The notes below the pieces were generated by a model that saw only the letters and a program-made list of their open reading frames with translations, did no database searches and had not been told where the DNA came from. From NCBI GenBank assembly GCA_965644295.1, contig CBFFRP010000290.1, positions 43,121 to 107,120 of the forward strand: 64,000 bases of DNA. Direction: 5' to 3'. Shown piece after piece: positions 41,239-52,779 of the stretch; the stretch's first letter is position 1, and each line of letters begins with the position of its first letter. Source of the stretch: Paraphysomonas bandaiensis. Taxonomy: Eukaryota; Protista; Chrysophyceae. The position numbers and the translations under genes were made by a program.

Positions 41239-41341
41239 GGAAAGACGTTTGGAGTCGTTCCGGATGAAATAGTCTGTGGCGGCAGATGAAATAATCTGGT
41301 TCGATTCCCTATGCCGCCACATTGAAAAAAGGCGTTTTTCT
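41239..41341 (+). ncRNA. Candidate ~100-nt RNA polymerase III-type structured ncRNA
   Basis: TATA-like at about -30, A-box-like TGGAGTCGTTCCGG at +12, perfect B-box GGTTCGATTCC at +60, T5 at 41335-41339, complementary 5' and 3' ends and several internal stems. Confidence 0.5.
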
Positions 41342-41389
41342 GAAAAAAAAATGGAACTCAAATACTGTTAATGCTAGGCTTGGACCACA

Positions 41390-44103
41390 TTAACACGCAT
41401 GAGGGTTCCAAACCATTTCAAGTTGGTCTACTATGCATGGCTGACAGAGACCTATCAGAGTTAACACACGACGCTCCCCATCAAGTGCTGCGTCATTACC
41501 CGACATTGGTTTCACATCTGTCATCATAGCGACTTGTTTATCGTCATGTACCTCCAGATTACTGGACCGCCAAGTCTCACTCGGAGCATCCCACAAATCA
41601 TCATCATTGGGTACCTACCCATCATTATCATCCCACTCATCGTTATAGTTTCCTCCAGACTCATCGTAAGTATCTAGATGTGACACTTGCGAAACCCTTG
41701 GTTTAGAATCAACACGACTGTTCAACGAAGGTTTGTTGGACTGTTGAGAGAATAGTTCCTTTCTCCTCTTAAGATAGTCCTCGTGCTTCTGTTGAAACAT
41801 CGTAGTCGACTCCATAGGTAACTGTCGGTACGCGATGGTTACTTGATAATGATCCAAGAGTACAGCCGAATACTCTTTGAAAAATTCGCTCATAGAGTCA
41901 AATTTATTAGTCGACATGCACCCCAACACATACTTAACATAGGTCCCGTCATTCAAAGTCTTAAAGAGTCTTATCAATCCGTACTCTTTGTCATCGATAC
42001 GAGGACACCATGTTTTGTTTGAGACCAACATGATAGACAACATCGTTTGGAACGACTGCATCAAGTTCAATTGCTGATGATAGAATGCCTCAAAAGTCAC
42101 AGCATTTACATACTTCCAGTCCATGATCTGGATATGTTTCAAGGAATCTCTGAGTTCATTATAAAATGCCACGCAATTGAACACCTTGGTCTCCTGAGCC
42201 ACAATGAGAAGCAAATCCGAAACATCCATTTGTGCTAGCTGCGCATGTGTGATGCTGTACACATTCCGCAGATGTGCCTTCAAACTGGTTGAAAGTACCT
42301 TTTGAATTCGCACCTCAGTTTCTTCTTGCTCTTGAAACTCTAAGATGTCTTTGATCGCCTTCGCCACTTTACCCAACTTAAAGTCATTGATGCGAACATG
42401 ACACCTCCTTTCCTCTCTAGTTATGGTAACTGTTTTGGCACTAGCCACCTCAGAACTTTTCTTCAAATCCCTGAATAACTTGCCCGCTTTCTTGCCCTTA
42501 AAGATGTTATCCATGAGGGTAGGCACATCATTAACACCATCACCATCAACATCGGGATTCGAACCATCGTCCTCCTTGTTGCTATCTTCCTCCTGAGGAA
42601 TAATGCGAAACTTAGCCATGTTTTCCAGAGTGGAATACCTCGGCTGACGTTTGTGTTTCGACGTGCGCTTGGTAACCTTTTGCCGCTGATGTGAGCCCAC
42701 AGAAGCCTGAGACTGACTGCTCTCACCATCCTCAACATTTTGTACTCTATTCTCCAATATTTGCATCCTGCTGCTGAGGTTAGACACTGCAGTAGCCACC
42801 TCTGTAAAAGACTGAGACATGGCACGAACTGTATCCAAAATCTCCTGGTTTGGATTGATGTTTGGAGCAGAAGACTCCTGAACGACATCCTGCACACCTC
42901 CAGCCGCATCTTGTTTGGTTTCACCACTACCAGCGGCTTCCTGATCTTTCCCAGGAGTTTTCTTGCCGCCTCTCCTCGTTTTACCAGTCGGAGTAGACAT
43001 GGTTAATGAGAAGGACTTCCGCCTCAAAGACTATATCCACCAAACTTTTCCCTAACACACTGAGACAAGCAACCCTGGCAACTCCTAGAACCACTGACCC
43101 AGAACTCAACAACACACCAAGACACCACAAGACAAATCCCAAAGACAACCCTGCGTAAGAATCCAAAAACTCAACACTCAACACTCAACACTCAAACCCG
43201 TTGAACCCGTCGGATTTGTACAAGTGACAACAGTTAACACACAGGCGGTATCCACGGTCGATTGACTTCGAAAAGAACCGAATTTCCCCAGTCACCACAC
43301 TGTGTATCAAACAATCACCACTGAACAAAGAGCCTAGAGAACAACTACTGACAACTCACACCCAGAGAACAACAGACAACCAACAACCACAAGCAACCGA
43401 AGGCAACAGACAACAAGCCCAAAGAATCAAGCCCAAAGAAGCGTGTCGCAGTTAGTTTCTTATAAGAGTGTGAAACAACAGCGCAAAGACAGAAATTTCT
43501 GTACGAGCAGTAAAGTAAATATTTACTATAACAACACCCGGTTTGATAACCAGGGTGTTGGCTCGTAAACAATAAAACTACAACAACACCTACACTGAAC
43601 CAACAAGCACAGTAATAACGGTATTATTATTAAAACACTTTTTTCCAAGTTTAGACCTAAACTCAGTTAGTGACTCCCGCGAAGAGTCACCGCGCAATGG
43701 TATACCGCTGGCACCCAAGATCACTAGCACCAAGCTTTGGTCTAACTTAAAACAAGTGAGAAACACCATAGAAGCATATATGCACACACACACTCCTAAC
43801 ATGGTGCAACACACGTGGTATCATCACACCACCACAGGTTGCGTAACTCTTCAATCAAAAACTGAAAAATACACAGCAACCTGATAGGGAGTGACTCACC
43901 AGCATATGCCGAGAGTACACCGTATACTACGTATCTATACCCTACAAGAGACTGAAAACCCCATAATCCAGGAAATACATAAATACGGTACGTATAGTAC
44001 GTATAGTACGCATACCACATTGCAATCCAACCCCAATAAGCCTTGCATGAACACTCGTGCACCTCAAGTGTATAATAGCGACTTCTCTCCTTTGATGGTC
44101 ACA
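41390..44103 (-). mobile_element. 3'-truncated Gypsy-like element (leader/LTR region plus gag)
   Basis: The gag-like ORF 41615-43027 shares blocks with the 61334 Gag (KAIKDILEFQ vs RFLEDIAEFE; PRIDDKEYGLIRLF vs PLVTIKNGGSLETF); no pol. Limits are approximate. Confidence 0.6.
41615..43027 (-). CDS. Gypsy-like Gag (truncated)
   Basis: 470-aa ORF with an N-terminal coiled coil, similar to the Gag at 61334-63091. Confidence 0.6.
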   Translation of the reverse strand: MRRKSFSLTMSTPTGKTRRGGKKTPGKDQEAAGSGETKQDAAGGVQDVVQESSAPNINPNQEILDTVRAMSQSFTEVATAVSNLSSRMQILENRVQNVEDGESSQSQASVGSHQRQKVTKRTSKHKRQPRYSTLENMAKFRIIPQEEDSNKEDDGSNPDVDGDGVNDVPTLMDNIFKGKKAGKLFRDLKKSSEVASAKTVTITREERRCHVRINDFKLGKVAKAIKDILEFQEQEETEVRIQKVLSTSLKAHLRNVYSITHAQLAQMDVSDLLLIVAQETKVFNCVAFYNELRDSLKHIQIMDWKYVNAVTFEAFYHQQLNLMQSFQTMLSIMLVSNKTWCPRIDDKEYGLIRLFKTLNDGTYVKYVLGCMSTNKFDSMSEFFKEYSAVLLDHYQVTIAYRQLPMESTTMFQQKHEDYLKRRKELFSQQSNKPSLNSRVDSKPRVSQVSHLDTYDESGGNYNDEWDDNDG

Positions 44104-44444
44104 TGTACTTGCCCCCCTATAGGGTAGTACGGGTAATACATGTATGTATGTATATGGAAGTATATACTGCAACTGCTACACAGGAATACGGGCCCACATA
44201 ACTTTGATATAAATTTGCAGCAGGTTTCACATCGACCGAAGTCACCAGCAGCAGATCATAGTCGTACATCATCATCAGCAGATAAAAATTGGACATCATA
44301 CCCGAACGTTGGCTCAATATGTAGGTACACTGTGGTACATTACCAATGTCCAAATGGTGTTGCATAATATGTATTCTGAACGCAATGAAGGTCCTAAAGC
44401 AATATATAGGGTCCTGATATAGGGTCTTAAACCAACATAGGGTC

Positions 44445-45861
44445 CTAAAAGTCAATGTAACCATGCATGTGACTCAATAGCGTGATACTATAGCCACGTA
44501 GATAGGGCATGGGAAATGCCACGTGGTCACAGTCTCGTCCTTTTTGATAATCTGACGATGGACCACTGTCTTCATAATTTGCAAGTTGATCAGAGTGGTC
44601 GTGGAAATATTCGTTACTTTGAGTCTGGAATTCCACTCTCTTGAACTTCGGTTTTCCTCTTGTTGATGACTTGTTGTCGGAGGAGCTTTTCATCTCTTGA
44701 ATCTTCTCCCAGGAGTGCTTGCATTCCGATGCAATGTGCCCCTTTCCTCCGCATCTGAAGCACTTAATGTCTTTATCGGTTCTCTTATCATGTTTCTGTT
44801 TATTGGAGCGATATTTGGAAGAAGTCCCTCTTTTTCGCTTAAAATTGACTTTGCTGCGGGAAAATGGGGTTTTTGATGCTGCGAGGTGACTACAGTCAGT
44901 TTTTGTGTCTTCATTGTTGGATGATAGGAGCGTTCCAACAGACGAGCTTCCTAACCCGCGAAGACTGCGAATCAATACTTTATAATCATCAATTGGATGT
45001 AGCTGCAGATTAATTGCCAATTCTCGGTAAACCATGTTATCTTCTGAAACAATTCCCTGTCGTATTCGGGATATTAAGTCTTGGTCGTTGATCCGATGAC
45101 CATAATTGATAAGCTTGTTTTTGAGCTTTTCGATAGCGTCAAGAAAATTGATTATTGACTGACCTTTTTTGATTTTTATGCTCTGAAATTGACCAATCAG
45201 ATCGGTGATTACATCGTTAGTCGTTTTTTCTTTGAAGTGGGTTAGCAAATCGGTCCAGGCGGTTTTTCCGTCTCCATCGGGGACGTTTTCCAAAATCCCT
45301 TCGGCCTCTTCATCCTGGCCAATGACAGCGCTCGAAATGACAGACCATAGGTAATTATTACCTTCATCATAATATATATCGTTTCGTTTCGTGATACTGG
45401 TCGAGTCGATATTGATAATCTTCGTCATCTGAAATCTCTCCTTCTTCAGGTTCAGTTGGATGATCGTTTTGTAGGGTATAAACGATCTTGGGCTTTCTGT
45501 AAAACCATGCACGGCACTTCTTCTGCCACTTGGAGAAGTTCTTCGCGTCGAACTTTGGCATTGAGTCTTTCTGTTTTTCGGTTGTTGAATCCGAGTCGGT
45601 TGAGTCGTAACTTGTAACTTTAACTGACATCTCGCTACCAAATAAAGAATTGATCTTTATAATAGTAAAACAATGTTGTGATTATTAGAGTGTAAGTAAT
45701 GAACACGATAGAGTGAAAATTATAAATAACAATATAGAACGTACTATCATGCACAACGGAATAGTTAGAAGTGTAACTGATAATGACGACGTTATGATGA
45801 CGATCATGTATCTTGAACAGATACTATCATTAATTCAGTTCGTGATATATTTCATTGAACA
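44445..45861 (-). mobile_element. Copia gag relic with a frameshift and a probable 5' LTR (45674-45861)
   Basis: ORF 45367-45630 (PKFDAKNFSKW) shifts frame into 44445-45641 (DGKTAWTDL...CFRCGGKGHIASEC); an upstream segment is bounded TGTT...AACA. Confidence 0.75.
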
Positions 45862-46899
45862 TCATAACTCACACACACTATCTTACATTAAGATGAATCC
45901 TAATAAAAACGAAGTTGGTAGGTGTGTTTAGATGCTCTCCGAGCCAGTAATATGTCCTATGGTGGGGAGCAAGTATCTTGGACAGGCAGAATCTTTCAGC
46001 TACGATATATCGAACGAACTGCAAAATCCTTTCAAGATGCGTTTTGGTTTCGTAACCAATCATTTGCGTATGTTGTTTTGTGTGTGAGGTCTTGGTTCGA
46101 AGGGAACTTGAAGAAATATATGGATTTTCTGTTCAGAGAACGAAGAAGAGATTATTCCTGTTTATGCTACTTGAGAGGTGGAGTCCTGTCTATGCTACTA
46201 TGAAATATCTCTTTTTCTATACTCTAACTCTGCTTTGACCTGATCTATGCTGCATTGGTTTCACTTTACCTGCTGTGTGACTGCATCGTTCTGTAATGCG
46301 TAGTTATATGCGAGTACATTTTATGACTAGGTTTATAACTAAAAATGACTAGGTTGAACCATTTATTACTGTCTCGTAAAGTTTTGTCCCCAGTGATGTT
46401 GTATTGTTTGTGGCATTTTCGGAGCGGGACCGATTTCAACGACAAGTGTTCCGGATGGGGGAAGTCGCGCTTCAACAATTCTGCCAACGACTGGGCATAT
46501 GATTCGGTCTTCGGGAATTTTTGTAATGGCAAAGGTGGAAGTTTCAGTAGGGTTACCCAGGATGGTCCGGATCAGTAGCCGGGTATCGAACAGATAGTGT
46601 GTCGAGTAGTATTGTACGATGGGCGCATAGTTGTTCTCTAGGGGTTGCCGATCTGCTGATGATTCAGGGTGAGAGAGTCTGAATAGGGCTGGAGCCACTG
46701 CGTTGTGGGGTTGTGAGAGATATAGAACCACTAAACAAAAGAATAATGGTGAAGGGACAAAACATCCCATTGCCAGTTGTTAAGTTATCGATGCCTCACT
46801 GCCTTGATTTGGGAAGCACAGCTGAGTTCGCTCATGATAATATCACCACAAATATATTATGAAGTTGTGGACAGAATTAAAAGTATGAGTGATGAAGAG

Positions 46900-47650
46900 T
46901 GAATGCATCATGGTACAAGCATCACCCAAGAAAACGCCCAAGACACACGTTTTGAAAAGAATGAAGGCACTAATGATTACGTTAAAAAATATTGGTGATG
47001 AATGATAACGTCATATTGCTGCTGACCCCTCGACTCTATGGGGAGTACTTTGGGTGGATTCTACTTCAGTGGCAACAGTGTACAGGACCATCAAATTGAA
47101 TAATACTGGAAATATCAAGAAGAATCCAGAGGAGCAGATTCAATTCTTGGAATGCATCTCACACAGAACTGCTGGAAGCATTATGGATATTGATAGATAT
47201 GGTTGGGCAACAAGGGGTGAAGATTGTGAGCGCGGACAGATACGTTCTTTTGCTGTTCACGCTGCCAATACTGAATAGGGATTTCTAGCATGGCATATTT
47301 TAGAAGGTCTTCTTTCCGACAACGAAATTATTTTTCTTGAAGTTGATTGTGCCATTACTTAACGATGATCCATATGGTTTATTTGATAATGCTGCAAATC
47401 AACGAACAGAAACTGTACCGATTATAATTGGTGATCCTTTTCGAGAATATTGTGTGCCATTCTCTCGGGAACTAAAACCTATCAAACATGGATTTGCGGC
47501 TGTTAAGAGTTTCATTGCGAAAGTGACAATGAACTGCGTTGGTGAGATGACCCAGTAGGACTTATTAATTTTGCATTTAGGGCAGCTGGGAGTTTGCATT
47601 TCGACGTTGCCTGCATGCAGAATTAATTGCAAGGAATTGGTTTTCATTAT
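46900..47650 (+). pseudogene. Degenerate Tc1/IS630-family DDE transposase
   Basis: RYGWATRGE, GFLAWHILEG, LFDNAANQ and VPFSRELKPIKHGFAAVKSFI (cf. PPYSPELNPIE), with stops and frameshifts. Confidence 0.75.
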
Positions 47651-48192
47651 GTAGTATGCATTAACACTGATTACATGCATTGATTTCAAGTACGATATTA
47701 ATGTGTTCGATTGAAATACTATATATAGACACCAATTTGGTAGGCGTTTATAAAAATCTGCTATTGCAAGTTATCGTCAATCATGCGTACACTGGTAGGA
47801 ACAGGACTGAGATATTTATGGTATGAAAAAGAATATGATCCTCAATGCATTTTTCCACTTCGTACTGTATACCGGCATACTGTATATATATATATATATA
47901 CTGTAGGAACTACCGGTATATATATATGGCTCAAGTGTAACAAACTACAGCGTGTATATACATATATACTACATATATAGATATCCGACATGCATGTGGT
48001 TTCTTCCCATATCTACAAGCATATTTTACACACCATTGTGAAGCATTTTGTCACGACAGTACCACTCATTTTATATCCAACGATTTGTTTCCGTGTCTGA
48101 TGAACATATCCGTAGATTAGGATTTCCAGGTTTCTTCGTACTTGTTCGTATACAGCTCTTGCCGTTGATTTTATATGGTATAATAAGATTCT

Positions 48193-50442
48193 ATGGAAGA
48201 GTATGCATGTTTTTTAAGGTATCCAGTACTTGTTTTTGCCGATAACCCTGAGATGGTTCATAACAGGGGCATTAAGACTAATGTGTTGCTACAAGAAGCT
48301 CAAGAAAACCAGCGGGCATGTAAATCATTTCTGGATTTCATATCACCGCAGAAGTTCGACAGTTTAAGTTTAGTGAGTCGTGACCCACCTCACTGGGCGA
48401 CCACAGACTATCGCCCACTGGAGTCCTTGTCAGATATCATCATTCCAGAAGGGTTTTCTGTTCTGTTGGACTGGAAATTCAAGGTAGTAGAGGGGAGGAC
48501 TGATAAGAGGGGTTGGGTATATATGACTGAATTTATCAATCTTAACAGTCAAAGCAATAATTGTCATTCTGAGGCTAAGGTACGCTCCAGAAGCTGGCAG
48601 AGACTTTTGGTAGGTTCTGATCAGCAAGAGGATGCAAAGAAGAGAATGCTGAATTTCTTGTCTATCCGATGTCAGTATCGGTCGCTTTCGCCTTGTTTGA
48701 TCCAAGCAGCATTGTTACAACATGACTATCAGATTCAGATGGTGATGGAGTGTCAGCGCCTCTCTGATCACAAATATTCATCCACTCACCTACTCTCCCA
48801 CGATCCCCCTATATGGTCCGCAGGCACAGCTAACCTAACTTCGGACCCTCGTACGTTTCCTGTACAAGAGTTGCAGGAGGTAATTGCCACTGTTTTTAAT
48901 CGGGCTAATGGATGGGATACATTACATGAATTCATATTTACACTATATCCTAATAAAGACGAAATGGGTTGGGAATACAATCAAGACTTCGATCAGCGGG
49001 AATCCTGGACAAGCGCTCCATCGCGGGTGAGTTGTGTTCGACGACGCATCTGGATGCGTACCTGTGTACGAGACTCCAAGCTTTATGAGTGTCGCCAAGC
49101 GCTGCGAGAGTATATAGATAATCACCCGAGAGGCATCTGCCGAAGTGGAGCAGTGGAAAGGCAGAGCAAATATCGCAAGCGTTGGACAGAGGGATTGGCC
49201 GTACTGACAGACACCCACCTGGAGATTACTCTTGATAATAATTACCAGAGTAGGGTTGTACATTCCTTACGTGGATGCGAGGCGGTCGTAATTGAAGGGG
49301 AGAGTACAGGAGCACTGGTGGTGGAACAGAGAAAGTACAGGTTTGGTTTGAGACAACTTGGGCCAGGGGGCAAAGATGAAGGCGTTGTGTGTGTGTTGAA
49401 TGCCCGATCTATAAGAGATAGAGATGCCTGGATTGCTGCTCTTGCACATCAGACGGCCCTTGTAAACCTCATTTATTGGCCCTTAGTGATTGGGCCTCCA
49501 ACCGCGGACCAGGTTATTATAAAGGGAGAAATGTGGAAGCAAGGGCACTTGGTACCTAACTGGAAATTCCGCTCTTTTGAGCTACGACGGGATGGCACAC
49601 TAGCGTATTCGAAAGACGGAGTAATAAAGGGAAAACTACGATTGAGAGGGTGCGAAGTTCAGGATGCTGATTGTACTGATGGCGAACATGCTTTCAAAAT
49701 TGTGAAGCGATCAGGCTACTGGTTGGCACTACGCACCCATAATGCTGAAACCAAACAGAAATGGGTAACTGCTATACGGGAACACATATCCGGCGCTGGG
49801 TGCGATGATGAAGCATTGTTAGGAGAGGTTGGACTGTACACACCCATAGATCACACCGAGGAGATGTATGGAAGCTACCGCCGGAATTCAACTGATAGGA
49901 ATTCTCTCCGGAAGAGTGCTAAAAATATCAATGAGCCAGAAGTAATCAGTAAATATAACAGTGATTCCTGTGAAGCAATGCAACTGGGTAGAGTAGACAT
50001 TTTTTGTGGCTCTCCGCATTCACCTCGAAGTAGTTCTCGTCGAGTCTCTGCTGGTCCGGGTGTTCCACTGCAAATAACTCAGCCATTTACTCACACTCAT
50101 GATATCAAGACTGATACGGCAAGTGGAAGGAGGTGCTGTATTCTTGATGCACACGTGCTCTCCACGGCACGGGAGGAAGGTGTATGGGAAGCTGATGACG
50201 AAAACGATGATGGTGACGGAGACTCATTGCCCCGGGTGTCTTCCTTTAACCATATGGCGCCACAAGTACACTCCCTGGGATCTGTATTTGAGCCAGAGTG
50301 TGGATCAGAGGAGGTCTCTGTTGCAGTTGATGACAGAAGATTGACCACCGATATTATGTGCGATAAGATTGGGCTTGCGGATGGCAATTCCAGCAGAACG
50401 ATTTGTGACGAGAAAATTGACGAGAAGGATGTCCAATCTTAG
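48193..50442 (+). CDS. Protein with two dysferlin (DysF)-like and two PH domains
   Basis: DWKF...TDKRGWVY...VRSRSWQR and KDEMGWEY...VRRRIWMR (DysF); RKRW...RDAWIAAL and GEMWKQGHLVPNWKFRSFEL...KQKWVTAI (PH). The true start is uncertain. Confidence 0.75.
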   Translation: MEEYACFLRYPVLVFADNPEMVHNRGIKTNVLLQEAQENQRACKSFLDFISPQKFDSLSLVSRDPPHWATTDYRPLESLSDIIIPEGFSVLLDWKFKVVEGRTDKRGWVYMTEFINLNSQSNNCHSEAKVRSRSWQRLLVGSDQQEDAKKRMLNFLSIRCQYRSLSPCLIQAALLQHDYQIQMVMECQRLSDHKYSSTHLLSHDPPIWSAGTANLTSDPRTFPVQELQEVIATVFNRANGWDTLHEFIFTLYPNKDEMGWEYNQDFDQRESWTSAPSRVSCVRRRIWMRTCVRDSKLYECRQALREYIDNHPRGICRSGAVERQSKYRKRWTEGLAVLTDTHLEITLDNNYQSRVVHSLRGCEAVVIEGESTGALVVEQRKYRFGLRQLGPGGKDEGVVCVLNARSIRDRDAWIAALAHQTALVNLIYWPLVIGPPTADQVIIKGEMWKQGHLVPNWKFRSFELRRDGTLAYSKDGVIKGKLRLRGCEVQDADCTDGEHAFKIVKRSGYWLALRTHNAETKQKWVTAIREHISGAGCDDEALLGEVGLYTPIDHTEEMYGSYRRNSTDRNSLRKSAKNINEPEVISKYNSDSCEAMQLGRVDIFCGSPHSPRSSSRRVSAGPGVPLQITQPFTHTHDIKTDTASGRRCCILDAHVLSTAREEGVWEADDENDDGDGDSLPRVSSFNHMAPQVHSLGSVFEPECGSEEVSVAVDDRRLTTDIMCDKIGLADGNSSRTICDEKIDEKDVQS

Positions 50443-50923
50443 ATTAGTACTTGCGAAACATCGCCCAGTGGTATTTGCACCACAGGGTTGCAGATTCTAG
50501 TTTGATGACTACTTGTTTGACTCCATTTCTCGCAGACGAAGTAGTCTTTAACTTTTTGTTTAGATATGTACGCAACTCTTTGTCCGTTGTAAGTATGTAT
50601 TTGCGCACATTCTTATCATGATGTCTTTAGTGGTGTATATCGTTTCATTGGCGGAATCATATTTATACAGTTAAAAATATTGACACAATGTTTTCAACTG
50701 AGTAATTGCAAGATGAAAGGGCTGTTTTCAGTATCGACCGTTCTGAAGATATTTGTATACTATGATTTAGATTTCGCACACTATTATAGTTATCCCCATT
50801 TTGCGACCTGAATTGGGTTCAACAAAACGCTCATATAAATACGCAAATATAGACATTCAACTTCAATATTCGGTTCGAACATAAACTCTCTGCAAGGGCT
50901 AGGGAAATATATATTAGGGTGTA

Positions 50924-52510
50924 CAGGCTTGTATAACCATTAATGGTAAAGGCTATTTATGGCCATTAATGGCCTTCCCCCATAAAATGGAAAAAAAGCA
51001 ATTCATTAATGGCCATAAAAATGGGGGAGAGATGTAGTGCCCATTAATGGCAATATCCATTAGGTAGTATCTTGTTGTCAGCACCAATGAGCACCGAGAG
51101 ATAGTGTATGACGTGTATTGATTGCACAGTGTCTATATATTGTACAGTCATACTTCTACGTGTGTTATGCTCAGGCAGGGTGCACCGAGAGATAGTGTGT
51201 GACGTGTATTGGTTGTGTGATGGGTATATGTTGTATATTGTTATGCTACACTTCTATTCTCTCGTTGAGCCGAGTGCATGCAAGAGGCTCACGTTGTACT
51301 AAGAGACAATAGTGTATCACGTGTATTGTTTGTGTGATGGCAATGGGGTGAACTACAGTACAATGTGAGTGAGAAAGTGATAAATATTCATGGACTTAGT
51401 GTAAAAGGAAAGTTATCATGATCGTACGTAAGTTGTATATTTAAATCACAAGTGGCTAGAAACAATGTAGCTACGAGTAGGGCAATGACTGCTGACTGCT
51501 GGCAACTACACATATTTCGCTCATCATGATGATCAATGGGTTGACAGTGCTAGTATGAGGGCAGATAACGTGGGTGCTGGTAAGCAAAAAGGCGCTTCTG
51601 TTACATCCTATGAGACTTAAAATTATAATAAAATTAATATTTTTTGTTGTCTCTAACCCTAATATCACAAATAGAATAGTTTCTTTAACATTTCTACTTA
51701 AATACTGTAAATACTCTTAAATTTCCCAAAATATCGTAAAATTCCCACGTTTGCATAATGTTTACTTCATGTAAAAATACGTGACAAGCCACGACCTTCC
51801 GGTCCATTATACCTATTTAAGTCATTTAAGCAATCTGTTTTAAGAATTCATATAAATTGGTGTGATAACATCACAATCATGTTGTACATGTTAACATGAA
51901 TTGATTATATACCACCTTTTCTAGTTTTAAATTCACAGCGCAGCCACTTGTCAGCATAAGCAATAAGAACACTATGTAATATATTATAATAATACAAAAA
52001 GATAAAAATATGTAAAGATTGTGAGTATAGTGAATAAGCAATAAACGGAGATTTTAATTTAAACGAGAAGAAATTACAACACGAGTGGCTCGATCATATT
52101 TGCAGTGTGTACGTGACAACACATATATAATATAATGAACAAACGTTGCATTTTTAATACTTCTTATTAAATCGCCATTTGCTCAGAGTTCTCAGTCATG
52201 TTGATCTGCAACTTCATCCATCTCTTGTTTATGTTCCCATTTTTTTCCCTCTTTTTTGCGTTGTTGCAACAAATATACCATTTATTGATGATATTATAGT
52301 TGCTGATGATGTTTAAGAACATTGTTCGCATTATTAGCTATAATCTCTGACCTGTAACATGGGAACGAACTGCTCATCATTGCTGTTAAATAGCTAGTAC
52401 TTTTAGTCTAATTATTAACACTTTCCATTTACTTCTTTCTAAAGCAATGAAGCAATAGTAATCAAACCATTAATGGCCATAAAAATGGGGGAAGCAAAAT
52501 GCCATTAATG
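50924..52510. mobile_element. Decayed DNA-transposon remnant with CCATTAATGG subterminal repeats (again at ~56726-58311)
   Basis: Begins CAGGCTTGTATAACCATTAATGG, resembling the hAT-type MITE ends; no intact ORF. Confidence 0.45.
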
Positions 52511-52777
52511 ATGCATTCCCCTATCAATCTGTTATTGGTGCCCTCTAACGTACTTGGCAGTGCATACTAGACCAGACATATGGCATATACAGTAAATCTT
52601 CTCTCCCGGTTCACCACTAAAGACCCACGTACGCTGCTTGTCAAGCTGCTCTGCATACTTTACTGTATTTAGAAAATACAGTTGATAAAGGTATTCTCTT
52701 CCCTAATTTCACAGATTGGGCCGGAGATCTTGATACCTGCAGATCCACTACAGGGTATATCATCGTATACCTGTGGG
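52510..52777 (+). pseudogene. Copia RT/RNase H fragment of the same family as 34934-39812 (again at ~58311-58578)
   Basis: Aligns by eye to ~39068-39359 with small indels. Confidence 0.9.
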
Positions 52778-52779
52778 AC

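Noticed and set aside
41251-41319. HDV-like ribozyme
   Set aside because: The stem order is similar, but the loop (GAAATA) and the missing P1.1 GG do not fit the HDV consensus.
41277-41321. tRNA gene (GGCGGCA...GGTTCGATTCC...TGCCGCCA)
   Set aside because: Too short, no D or anticodon arm and only 2 bp of T-stem; kept instead as part of the ncRNA candidate.
39807-41330. ATTGAAAAAA at 39807 and 41321 as a TSD bounding the island
   Set aside because: Low-complexity match, and the second copy lies inside the predicted RNA terminal stem; not supportable without other copies.
41612-41617. In-frame TAG in the minus-strand Gypsy gag as readthrough
   Set aside because: It is followed only by a short acidic stretch and no protease; the element is truncated, so it cannot be evaluated and is probably decay.
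45870-47700. Fanzor/TnpB next to the Tc1/IS630 relic
   Set aside because: No RuvC motifs or zinc ribbon are recognisable in the broken frames at 45.9-46.8 kb, which remain unidentified.
52350-52385. Minus-strand DEQFVP as a piggyBac transposase
   Set aside because: A six-residue match with no supporting motifs.
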